64,000 nt of DNA from IMG/VR virus record IMGVR_UViG_3300020414_000008, positions 32,001 through 96,000 of that record; one strand, 5' to 3'. The notes under the pieces were generated by a model that was not told the DNA's origin, did no database searches, and saw only the letters and a list, made by a program, of their open reading frames with translations. Below, piece after piece: positions 1-8,084 of this stretch. The position numbers were made by a program, and so were the translations under genes. Numbering within the stretch: position 1 is the first letter of the stretch; every line of letters starts with the position of its first letter. The stretch comes from a virus (Duplodnaviria > Caudoviricetes).

Positions 1-279
1 AAAGCTGAAAACTTTTTAGCAAAATATATACCAACAGCACAAGGACATCTTTCTATACATCATGATAGAGCAGATATTACTTGTTTGATACAATTATCGG
101 ACTTAAATGAGTATGAAGGTGGTGGTACTTGGTTCAGACGACAAAAGAAATTAATTAAGAATGATATCGGTTATGCAACCCTACATCCTGGCAACATAAC
201 TCACAAGCATGGGGCAAGAGCAGTGACAAAAGGGACACGTTATATAATAGTTTCGTTTATGGAAAATGGGGAAAGGTAA
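1..279 (+). CDS. C-terminal part of a 2OG-Fe(II) dioxygenase, procollagen lysyl-hydroxylase (PLOD)-like; starts upstream of the window
   Basis: Frame 1 is open from base 1: NFLAKYIPTAQGHLSIHHD...YEGGGTWF...LHPGNITHKHGARAVTKGTRYIIVSF, with HxD...H and R-x-x-x-x-S. It closely resembles the PLOD catalytic domain. Confidence 0.8.
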   Translation, partial: KAENFLAKYIPTAQGHLSIHHDRADITCLIQLSDLNEYEGGGTWFRRQKKLIKNDIGYATLHPGNITHKHGARAVTKGTRYIIVSFMENGER

Positions 280-288
280 GTTTGTCCA

Positions 289-296
289 TATTTATA
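289..296 (+). promoter_or_regulatory. Putative late promoter TATTTATA
   Basis: Recurrent intergenic motif upstream of structural genes. Confidence 0.6.
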
Positions 297-315
297 TACA
301 TAAAGGGGATTTAAA

Positions 316-1479
316 ATGGCAGTAAATATACCAATATGGCCTGGTTCAGGTTCGTTTTCAAGTGGTTCTTCTACTCCTTTCGGATACTTTGATGGTGATA
401 CAACATTTCAAAGTGACGCACCGAAAGTAGCAGAATGGTGTGCTAAAAGATTAGGATATCCAATCGTAGATGTCGAATTACAAGATATAAACTTTTTCGC
501 GTGTTTAGAAGAAGCAGCAAATGAATATTCTTCACAAGTAAATCAATATAGAGCTAAAGAAAACTTACTATCTTTAAAAGGTAATTCATTAGATTTAGAT
601 TTAAAAGATACTGAAATCGCTACTAACTTAGGTGGAGTAGTAAATATTGCAAAAGATTATGGTACTGAAGCGGGAAGTGGTGGTAGAGTAACTGTATATA
701 CAGGTTCCTTTGAAATGGTTGGTGGTCAACAAATATATGACTTAGGTGATGATAATGTTGTTAACTTAGAAAGTGGTTCAGTATCAAACGGGATTACACT
801 AAGAAAAGTATTCCATACACAACCACCAGCAATAATAAGATATTTTGACCCGTTTGTAGGAACAGGTCTTGGTTCTCAACAAATGTTAAATACATTTGGA
901 TGGGGAGCGTATTCGCCAGGTGTATCGTTTATGATGCAACCGATGTTCGATGACTTGTTAAGATTACAGGCGATTGAATTTAATGATTACATAAGAAAAT
1001 CATCATTTGGATTTCATGTAGATGGACAAAGAGTAAAATTATTCCCTGTTCCTGCAACAGGTGACGCAGGTGCAAAAGTATATTTTAATTATACATTAGA
1101 AAGTGAAACAAAATCACCGATTGCAAATTCAAATGTTGTAAGTGATTTATCAAACGCACCATTTGGAAGATTAACATATACAAATATTAATAGTGCGGGT
1201 AAACAGTGGATTGCAAGATATTCATTAGCATTAGCAAAAGAAATGTTAGGAGCAATCAGGTCTAAGTTCAGTAACATTCCAATTCCTGGCTCTGAAATAA
1301 CACTTGACGGTGGTGATTTACGAAGTGAAGCAGCAGCGGAAAGAGAAACACTAATCACTGAATTAAAAGAAATGTTAGAAGCAACTTCACGAAGAGCATT
1401 AATGGAAGCGAAAAAAGAAGAATCTGAATTCTTAGAGGAAACTTTAAACAGAGTTCCAAGACCAATTTTTATAGGATAA
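316..1479 (+). CDS. Neck/head-tail adaptor protein (T4 gp13-like)
   Basis: RLGYPIVDVEL motif; WIARYSLALAKEMLGAIRSKF...TLDG; first gene of the neck-tail block. Confidence 0.75.
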   Translation: MAVNIPIWPGSGSFSSGSSTPFGYFDGDTTFQSDAPKVAEWCAKRLGYPIVDVELQDINFFACLEEAANEYSSQVNQYRAKENLLSLKGNSLDLDLKDTEIATNLGGVVNIAKDYGTEAGSGGRVTVYTGSFEMVGGQQIYDLGDDNVVNLESGSVSNGITLRKVFHTQPPAIIRYFDPFVGTGLGSQQMLNTFGWGAYSPGVSFMMQPMFDDLLRLQAIEFNDYIRKSSFGFHVDGQRVKLFPVPATGDAGAKVYFNYTLESETKSPIANSNVVSDLSNAPFGRLTYTNINSAGKQWIARYSLALAKEMLGAIRSKFSNIPIPGSEITLDGGDLRSEAAAERETLITELKEMLEATSRRALMEAKKEESEFLEETLNRVPRPIFIG

Positions 1480-1482
1480 CAA

Positions 1483-2010
1483 ATGGCATTGTTTGGTGGA
1501 CAAAGAGATATGGACTTGTTCAATAAGGTGAACAAGGAACTTATTACCGATATCGTAGATACGGAAGTGTACTATTATATGTTAGTAGTAACTGATACAA
1601 AAGCGAACTTATACGGTGAAGGGAAAAATAAAGTATTTCACAATCCAATAAAAGTACCCGCGTTAGTAGAAAGAAATCAAGCATCACAAATATCTGATGA
1701 CTTTGGTCAATCATATAGTCGTGAGGTTCAATTTAGATTTCTAAGACAGCAGTTAGTTGATAGAGAGTTGGTACCCGAAGTTGGTGATATTATACAATGG
1801 AATAATGAATATCATTTAATAGACGCAGCATATTCATATCAGTATTTTGCAGGAAAGAATCCTAAATATTGGGATGGTGGTGATACTCAAGGTTTAAATG
1901 TATCTATTATATGTGATACTCACGTTTCAAGACAAACAAGTATTAAATTAGCAGAAACAAGATTTGGTAATTCAAATCAAAATGATAACGAAGTACCAAT
2001 AGGACTATAA
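1483..2010 (+). CDS. Neck/head-closure protein (gp14-like)
   Basis: Synteny; LYGE and PEVGDII motifs. Confidence 0.6.
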   Translation: MALFGGQRDMDLFNKVNKELITDIVDTEVYYYMLVVTDTKANLYGEGKNKVFHNPIKVPALVERNQASQISDDFGQSYSREVQFRFLRQQLVDRELVPEVGDIIQWNNEYHLIDAAYSYQYFAGKNPKYWDGGDTQGLNVSIICDTHVSRQTSIKLAETRFGNSNQNDNEVPIGL

Positions 2011-2011
2011 G

Positions 2012-2854
2012 ATGGCAACAAAATATAGAAACGAAGACAAATCGAAACCGAATATAATTCAGACTCAATCGTCTACGTCACTTGATAAAAAGTTAAATAA
2101 AGCAAAACAAGTTCGTAGAGATAAAGATAAGATGAAGAATTTTTCTGTCGGTATTTACGACATTGATTCTGCATTTAAAAACTTTTTAGAGAAAGATGTA
2201 AAACCAACGGTTGAAGACGATGGAAGATTTTACCCCGTACCTGTAATGTACGCTTCACCTGAGAAATGGTCAAGTGCACAACGAGATGGTTTTATGAAAG
2301 ATGAAAACGGGATGATGTTAACACCCGTTATTGTATTTAAAAGAAATAGTCTTTCTATAAACACTGATATGATGAAGTTAAAAGTAGCAGAAGGTGGTGA
2401 AGACGCATATCAAGTTTTTGAAAGAAAATATACAAACGTAAACAAATACGACCAATTCTCAGTTTTAACAGGTGAAAATCCTAAAAAAGAATTTATGTCT
2501 GTTGAAAGACCCGACTATGTAAACTTAGAGTATGAAGTGATAGTTTGGTGTGATTATATGGAACAGGTCAACAAAGTGGTAGAACAAATTGTATTCTTCC
2601 AAGGTCGTTCTTTTGGTGATAGGTATAAGTTTGTAATAAAAGGTGATTCTTACTCATTCGAAACAATGTCAGAAATGGGTCAAGATAGAATTACTAAAGC
2701 AAATATTACACTACAAACAAAAGCATATATTGTACCCGAATATGTGGGTAATAAAAACAATACAACAAGACGAATTTCAGTTGGAAAAGTGTCTTGGGGT
2801 GAAGATAGTTCATTATCTGGCACTAATTCTATCAAAATTGGTGGTAATGAATAA
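2012..2854 (+). CDS. Tail terminator/sheath stabiliser (gp15-like)
   Basis: VPVMYASPEKW and PDYVNLEYEVIVW motifs; position before the sheath gene. Confidence 0.6.
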   Translation: MATKYRNEDKSKPNIIQTQSSTSLDKKLNKAKQVRRDKDKMKNFSVGIYDIDSAFKNFLEKDVKPTVEDDGRFYPVPVMYASPEKWSSAQRDGFMKDENGMMLTPVIVFKRNSLSINTDMMKLKVAEGGEDAYQVFERKYTNVNKYDQFSVLTGENPKKEFMSVERPDYVNLEYEVIVWCDYMEQVNKVVEQIVFFQGRSFGDRYKFVIKGDSYSFETMSEMGQDRITKANITLQTKAYIVPEYVGNKNNTTRRISVGKVSWGEDSSLSGTNSIKIGGNE

Positions 2855-2862
2855 TTTTTACA

Positions 2863-2870
2863 TATTTATA
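2863..2870 (+). promoter_or_regulatory. Putative late promoter TATTTATA
   Basis: Recurrent motif, intergenic. Confidence 0.55.
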
Positions 2871-2900
2871 TAATGTAAGTTAAAATTAAAGTAAATTGTT

Positions 2901-3182
2901 ATGGCAGAAAAAGTTGTTAAAGAATTCTCTCAAGAAGAGAAAAATAAAATTGAAAATATTCAGACTAAGGTTTTACAAATAACTGCAAGATTGGGTGAGA
3001 TAGAAATTGACGTTAATACCCTCGAAACGCAGTTCTCAAATTTAAAAGATGAGAAGATAAATCTTATGAAATCTTATTCTGAATTAAGGGTAGAAGAACA
3101 AACGTTAGCAGGTGAACTAAGAGAAAAATATGGTGAGGGGACTTACGATATTACAACAAATCAGTTCACACCTAACAAATAA
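2901..3182 (+). CDS. Small coiled-coil hypothetical protein
   Basis: Heptad-rich 93 aa ORF in the tail block. Confidence 0.7.
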   Translation: MAEKVVKEFSQEEKNKIENIQTKVLQITARLGEIEIDVNTLETQFSNLKDEKINLMKSYSELRVEEQTLAGELREKYGEGTYDITTNQFTPNK

Positions 3183-3207
3183 GTATTCGTTTTGGAAATT
3201 TTTGGGG

Positions 3208-3215
3208 TATTTATA
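3208..3215 (+). promoter_or_regulatory. Putative late promoter TATTTATA
   Basis: Upstream of the sheath gene, followed by an AGGAG RBS. Confidence 0.6.
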
Positions 3216-3252
3216 TAAAGGTAAACCAAAGATTTTAATTTAGGAGAAAATA

Positions 3253-5667
3253 ATGGCAGAAAGAATTGTTAGTCCAGGCGTATTCACAAGAGAGAAAGAC
3301 CTCTCGTTTTTACCTCAAGGTATAGGTGAAATAGGTGCAGCGTTAGTAGGACAAAGTATTAAAGGTCCTGCATTCGTACCAACGAAGGTGGAATCATTTC
3401 AAGAATTTCAACAAGTATTTGGTGGTTTAACTGAAGAATCATACTTACCATATACAGCACAATCTTATTTAGAAGAGGCAGGAACTGCAACAATCGTAAG
3501 AGTTTTAGGTTCAAGTGGATATACAGTAGAAACACTAAACTTAATTGTATCATCTTCAGCAGGTCAAAAAGTAGCAGCGGTATTACACCCAACTACTAAA
3601 GTACTACACGCAGATAATGCAAACTCAATTAACTCACTCGACAACTCAGTAGTAGTTAATCTTAACGAGTCAGCAGCAGCAGGTGGAACAGCAGCATCAG
3701 CATCTATCTTCGCACTACATTTAAGTGCAAGTGGGGCAATACCTGTGTTATCAGCATCAGCACAGTTAGCAGTACCAACAGGTTCGATGAATCCAACAGC
3801 TAACAATTATATAGTAAATACCTTCGGTTACTCTCCTAAAAACGATGGTCAATACGCATACGTCTACCAAGAATTTAGTACATTCGCATCACAATCATTC
3901 GCAACGGGTGAAACTGTGACTGTATCAGTAAATACTTCAAGTGTAGATTATACAAAAGCATATTCTCACGCAACAACACCTTATATTATATCACAAGATG
4001 TATCAGGTGTTACTAAAAACCTATTTAGATTCCATACGTTATCACACGGTAACCCAACAAACTATGAATTTAAAATAGGTATTAGAGATATCAAACCAGC
4101 ATCAGAGGTGCCTGGTTCTGAATACGGTACTTTTACGGTATTAGTAAGAAGAGTAGATACTTCTAAGATTCCTAACTCTGTATTTGGTCAAACTGTACAA
4201 GACAGTGATACAAGACCAAGTATCATAGAAGAGTTCTCAGGTGTAAACTTAGACCCTAACTCACCAAACTATATCAAGAGAGTTATCGGTGATAAAGATA
4301 TTCAAATAGACGCAAATGGAAAAGTAATCTTAAACGGTGACTATCCAAACGCATCTAAACATATTAGAGTAGAGGTTGACAGTGATGTAGATTCAGGTGC
4401 AAACAATTCAACTCTTGTACCATTTGGATTTGCAAAACTAACATCACCACTACCAAGTGGAGTAACTCTACCAGCACCATCATATAATGTATCACAATCG
4501 ATAAGTAATGAATACAATAAGAGAGCATTCTTAGGATATTCATATGACTTCTCAACTACAGATAACTTAAACTACTTAAGTCCAACTCCTGACTCAGTCA
4601 CGACTACAGTTGGTGATAAGTTCTTATTGAGTAACTGTGAATCAAATGGTGCAGCAATCGCATTAAATGATGGATTGATAGATAACAAAAAATTCTTAGT
4701 ACCATTCCAAGGTGGATTTGACGGATTCCAACCAAACAGAAAAGTATTTGTTGGTTCTTCAATTGTAGCAGGAAACTCTCAGGGACTTGATATGTCAAGT
4801 GCAACTGCAGGTGGAACTGTAGCATATAGAAAAGCAATAAACGCTTTATCAAATCCTGATGAGTATGATATGAATATGTTAGTGTTGCCAGGTGTTATCA
4901 ACAGATTACACTCTTCAGTAACTACATTCGCAAAGGATATGGTAGAAGATAGACAAGACGCATTCTATTTAATGGACGCGGGAGCATATCAAGATTCAAT
5001 CGCAACAGTAGTTAACTCACTAACTTCATTTGACTCAAACTACGTTGGTACTTATCACCCATGGGTTAAAATCCTTGACACTGATAAGAACAAACCAATT
5101 TGGGTACCACCAAGTGTTGTTATCCCTGGCGTTATAGCATTTAATGACGCAGTTGCAGAACCATGGTTCGCACCAGCAGGTCTTAACAGAGGTGGATTAC
5201 CAAATGTAATCGAAGTTAAAACAAGATTAACTCACACTGAAAGAGATACGTTATACGAAAATAGAATTAACCCAATCGCAACATTTCCTGGCCAAGGAGC
5301 AACGGTATTTGGACAAAAAACACTCCAAGCAAAACCAAGTGCACTTGACAGAATCAATGTAAGAAGATTGTTAATAGCATTGAAGAAGTTCATCGCATCA
5401 TCTTCAAGATATCTAATTTTCGAAAACAATACGGCAGCGACAAGAAACAGATTCTTAAGTATCGTTAACCCATACTTAGAATCAGTACAACAAAGACAAG
5501 GTCTTTTCGCATTCCGTGTAATTATGGATGAATCAAACAATACACCTGACGTGATTGATAGAAACATCTTAAAAGGAGAGATTTTTATACAACCAGCGAA
5601 AACTGCAGAGTTCATAGTACTTGATTTCAATGTACTACCAACAGGTGCAGCGTTCCCTGAAGGATAA
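3253..5667 (+). CDS. Contractile tail sheath protein (gp18-like)
   Basis: SPGVFTREKD N-terminus; WFAPAGLNRG; FGQKTL...RINVRRLL; IQPAKTAEFIVLDF. Confidence 0.95.
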   Translation: MAERIVSPGVFTREKDLSFLPQGIGEIGAALVGQSIKGPAFVPTKVESFQEFQQVFGGLTEESYLPYTAQSYLEEAGTATIVRVLGSSGYTVETLNLIVSSSAGQKVAAVLHPTTKVLHADNANSINSLDNSVVVNLNESAAAGGTAASASIFALHLSASGAIPVLSASAQLAVPTGSMNPTANNYIVNTFGYSPKNDGQYAYVYQEFSTFASQSFATGETVTVSVNTSSVDYTKAYSHATTPYIISQDVSGVTKNLFRFHTLSHGNPTNYEFKIGIRDIKPASEVPGSEYGTFTVLVRRVDTSKIPNSVFGQTVQDSDTRPSIIEEFSGVNLDPNSPNYIKRVIGDKDIQIDANGKVILNGDYPNASKHIRVEVDSDVDSGANNSTLVPFGFAKLTSPLPSGVTLPAPSYNVSQSISNEYNKRAFLGYSYDFSTTDNLNYLSPTPDSVTTTVGDKFLLSNCESNGAAIALNDGLIDNKKFLVPFQGGFDGFQPNRKVFVGSSIVAGNSQGLDMSSATAGGTVAYRKAINALSNPDEYDMNMLVLPGVINRLHSSVTTFAKDMVEDRQDAFYLMDAGAYQDSIATVVNSLTSFDSNYVGTYHPWVKILDTDKNKPIWVPPSVVIPGVIAFNDAVAEPWFAPAGLNRGGLPNVIEVKTRLTHTERDTLYENRINPIATFPGQGATVFGQKTLQAKPSALDRINVRRLLIALKKFIASSSRYLIFENNTAATRNRFLSIVNPYLESVQQRQGLFAFRVIMDESNNTPDVIDRNILKGEIFIQPAKTAEFIVLDFNVLPTGAAFPEG

Positions 5668-5683
5668 AAAATAAAAAAAAGAC

Positions 5684-5691
5684 TATTTATT
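5684..5691 (+). promoter_or_regulatory. Putative late promoter TATTTATT
   Basis: Upstream of the tube gene. Confidence 0.55.
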
Positions 5692-5715
5692 AGAAAGAGA
5701 TAATAGGAGACATAA

Positions 5716-6204
5716 ATGGCACAATTATTAGACCCAACAGAAATTATGTTCACGAACTTTGAACCTAAAATGTCAAATAGGTTCATCATGTACATCGAAG
5801 GAATACCTGCGTACTTAATCAAAACGTCAGCAAGACCTGAGATTCAGAACGGTAAAGTGACAATCGACCACATTAACGTAAGAAGATATGTTAAAGGTCG
5901 TTCAGAATGGCAAGACTTAGCAATCACTCTATATGACCCTGTAGTACCATCAGCGGCACAAGCAGTAATGGAGTGGGTAAGACTACATCATGAATCAGTA
6001 ACAGGTAGAGATGGATACTCTGACTTCTACAAAAAAGACATCACATTTAACAGTTTGGGTCCTGTTGGTGATAAAGTAGAAGAGTGGACATTAAAAGGTG
6101 CCTACATTCAATCAGCAAACTTCTCAGATATGGACTATACAGGAGAAGACTTAGCGACAGTAGAAATGACACTTACATACGATTACGCAATTTTACAATA
6201 CTAA
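5716..6204 (+). CDS. Tail tube protein (gp19-like)
   Basis: Follows the sheath; GRSEWQDLAITLYD, EEWTLKGAY, LTYDY motifs. Confidence 0.9.
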   Translation: MAQLLDPTEIMFTNFEPKMSNRFIMYIEGIPAYLIKTSARPEIQNGKVTIDHINVRRYVKGRSEWQDLAITLYDPVVPSAAQAVMEWVRLHHESVTGRDGYSDFYKKDITFNSLGPVGDKVEEWTLKGAYIQSANFSDMDYTGEDLATVEMTLTYDYAILQY

Positions 6205-6233
6205 TCATAATGTTACTTTAATATTAAAAATTG

Positions 6234-6259
6234 AAACCCACCAACTCGGTGGGTTTTTT
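6234..6259 (+). terminator. Rho-independent terminator
   Basis: AAACCCACC-aactc-GGTGGGTTT followed by a T run. Confidence 0.85.
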
Positions 6260-6321
6260 ACTTTTAGTTATATACTTATTAGTGTATACAAAGTAATGGT
6301 TAACCAATATAGGAGTTTAAA

Positions 6322-6585
6322 ATGGCATACAATTTAGTAAGACGTAAAGAAGATAACGTTGTAGAATGGTTCGGTCACGGTTATACTTGGGTAGACAAAG
6401 ATAACGGTGGTGAAGCAGCAACTCACTTTACTATTTCGGAAGAAACTGAAGAGATGAACTTACCAACTGACGGATGGGATTATATCGGAAGAGATAAAAT
6501 CACTATGGATGACGCAGATGTACCTGAAGATAAAGAAGCAGGAGCAATCTTAAACGGTTCAGACGGAAATTATACTTGGGCATAA
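6322..6585 (+). CDS. Small acidic hypothetical protein in its own transcription unit
   Basis: AGGAG RBS, TACTTATT at 6273, terminators on both sides. Confidence 0.75.
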   Translation: MAYNLVRRKEDNVVEWFGHGYTWVDKDNGGEAATHFTISEETEEMNLPTDGWDYIGRDKITMDDADVPEDKEAGAILNGSDGNYTWA

Positions 6586-6608
6586 GTTCAAAATCTTCAA
6601 AAAACACT

Positions 6609-6634
6609 AACCCCCATCTTTTTGGGGGTTTTTT
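6609..6634 (+). terminator. Rho-independent terminator
   Basis: AACCCCCA-tctttt-TGGGGGTT followed by TTTT. Confidence 0.85.
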
Positions 6635-6706
6635 GTATTAATTAATCTGCTGTTTCATATATATTATAGTACAGTACATTAAAAAAGATATAAAACGAGT
6701 TTTATT

Positions 6707-7585
6707 ATGGCAAATCAAAAATTAACTGACGACTACCCTCTTTCTAACGAAGAGTTGGTAGAAAAAGTCAAAAAGGACCATGAATCACAACAAGTTCGTG
6801 ATTACAAGTTCCCCACAGAGATTATAGATTTACCTTCCAATGGTTTAATCTATCCAAAAGATAATCCTCTCTCAACAGGTAAAGTAGAAATGAAATACAT
6901 GACCGCAAAAGAGGAAGATATCTTAACTACCCAATCATATATCAAAGACGGAACGGTTTTAGACAGATTGTTTAAATCGTTAATCGTAGGTAATGATAAG
7001 GGTCAATCAATCAATTATACAGATTTAGTAACAGGTGACAAGAACGCGATTATGATTGCAGCAAGAGTTCTTGGGTATGGAAAAGACTACAAAGTAGAAG
7101 TAGAAGACCCAACATCGCCAGGAACTAAACAAAAAGAAACTATTGATTTAACACAGTTTGAAAACAAACCATATGACGGGTCTAATCAATTAGAACCAAA
7201 TAAAAATGAGTTTGAGTTCACTTTACCACAATCAAAGAGAAAAATTACTTTTATGGCTATGACTGAGTCAAAAGAAAGAAAAGTAAAACATCAAGTAGAT
7301 GGTATTAAGAAGGCAAATCGTAAGATTAAAGATATGACTTCAAGAGAACTGACTACAAGATTAAAAAATACAATTTTATCAATAGATGGTTCTGATGAAC
7401 AAAAAGACATCAACCATTTTGTGGACAACGAGTTATTTGCAGTAGATTCAAGAGCACTCAGAGCGCATATAGCAAAAGTTATTCCCGATATTGATTTAAC
7501 ATATGAGTTTATTTCTGAGGAGAGCGGGGAAGGGAGTGAAATGCAACTGCCTATGGATGTTGGGTTTTTTTGGCCTAACGATTAA
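6707..7585 (+). CDS. Baseplate hub/tail assembly chaperone (T4 gp26-like)
   Basis: IDLPSNG, MKYMTAKEEDIL, GDKNAIMIAARVLGYG motifs; FFWP near the C-terminus. Confidence 0.75.
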   Translation: MANQKLTDDYPLSNEELVEKVKKDHESQQVRDYKFPTEIIDLPSNGLIYPKDNPLSTGKVEMKYMTAKEEDILTTQSYIKDGTVLDRLFKSLIVGNDKGQSINYTDLVTGDKNAIMIAARVLGYGKDYKVEVEDPTSPGTKQKETIDLTQFENKPYDGSNQLEPNKNEFEFTLPQSKRKITFMAMTESKERKVKHQVDGIKKANRKIKDMTSRELTTRLKNTILSIDGSDEQKDINHFVDNELFAVDSRALRAHIAKVIPDIDLTYEFISEESGEGSEMQLPMDVGFFWPND

Positions 7586-7784
7586 CTATAGACAACAGTT
7601 ACATTCTCAAATCTTCGACCTTATATATCATGGAAATGGTGGGTTCAATTTTACCGATGTGTATAATTTTCCTATTTGGGTACGAGAGTTTTATATACAG
7701 AAAATAATCGACTTCAAACAAGAAGAAAAGAAACATCATGATAAAGAAATGAGGAAAGCAAAAGCAAGAACTCCAAGAAGATAG
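7557..7784 (+). CDS. gp51-like chaperone domain, probably a frameshift extension of 6707..7585
   Basis: QIFDLIYHGNGGFNFTDVYNFPIWVREFY; overlaps the upstream gene at GGGTTTTTTT (7562-7571). Confidence 0.65.
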   Translation: MLGFFGLTINYRQQLHSQIFDLIYHGNGGFNFTDVYNFPIWVREFYIQKIIDFKQEEKKHHDKEMRKAKARTPRR

Positions 7785-7789
7785 TAGAG

Positions 7790-7813
7790 ACCCAACGTAA
7801 ATGTTGGGTTTTT
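7790..7813 (+). terminator. Rho-independent terminator
   Basis: ACCCAACGT-aa-ATGTTGGGT followed by TTTT. Confidence 0.8.
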
Positions 7814-7816
7814 ACA

Positions 7817-7824
7817 TATTTATA
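7817..7824 (+). promoter_or_regulatory. Putative late promoter TATTTATA
   Basis: Directly after the terminator, before the tape-measure operon. Confidence 0.6.
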
Positions 7825-7846
7825 CTATATGAACAGAGGAATTCCT

Positions 7847-8071
7847 ATGAAAACTATTAAAGAATCAGATTTAAAAAAAATATTTGACGCGTATGGTTTA
7901 GATGAAGGTATCTTTGATATCTTTACAAAAATGAGACTAAAAAAGAATATCAAAGCAATTGATAATGAAATAGACTCAAAAATAGAAAAAGTAAAAAACC
8001 CTAAACAACGAGACGCAATACGACAACTACAAAAAGCTCTTAGAAAAGCACATTCATTGGATGCTATATAA
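7847..8071 (+). CDS. Small hypothetical protein
   Basis: GAGGA RBS before the ATG at 7847; basic helical protein. Confidence 0.65.
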   Translation: MKTIKESDLKKIFDAYGLDEGIFDIFTKMRLKKNIKAIDNEIDSKIEKVKNPKQRDAIRQLQKALRKAHSLDAI

Positions 8072-8084
8072 TTAGAGGAGTACA

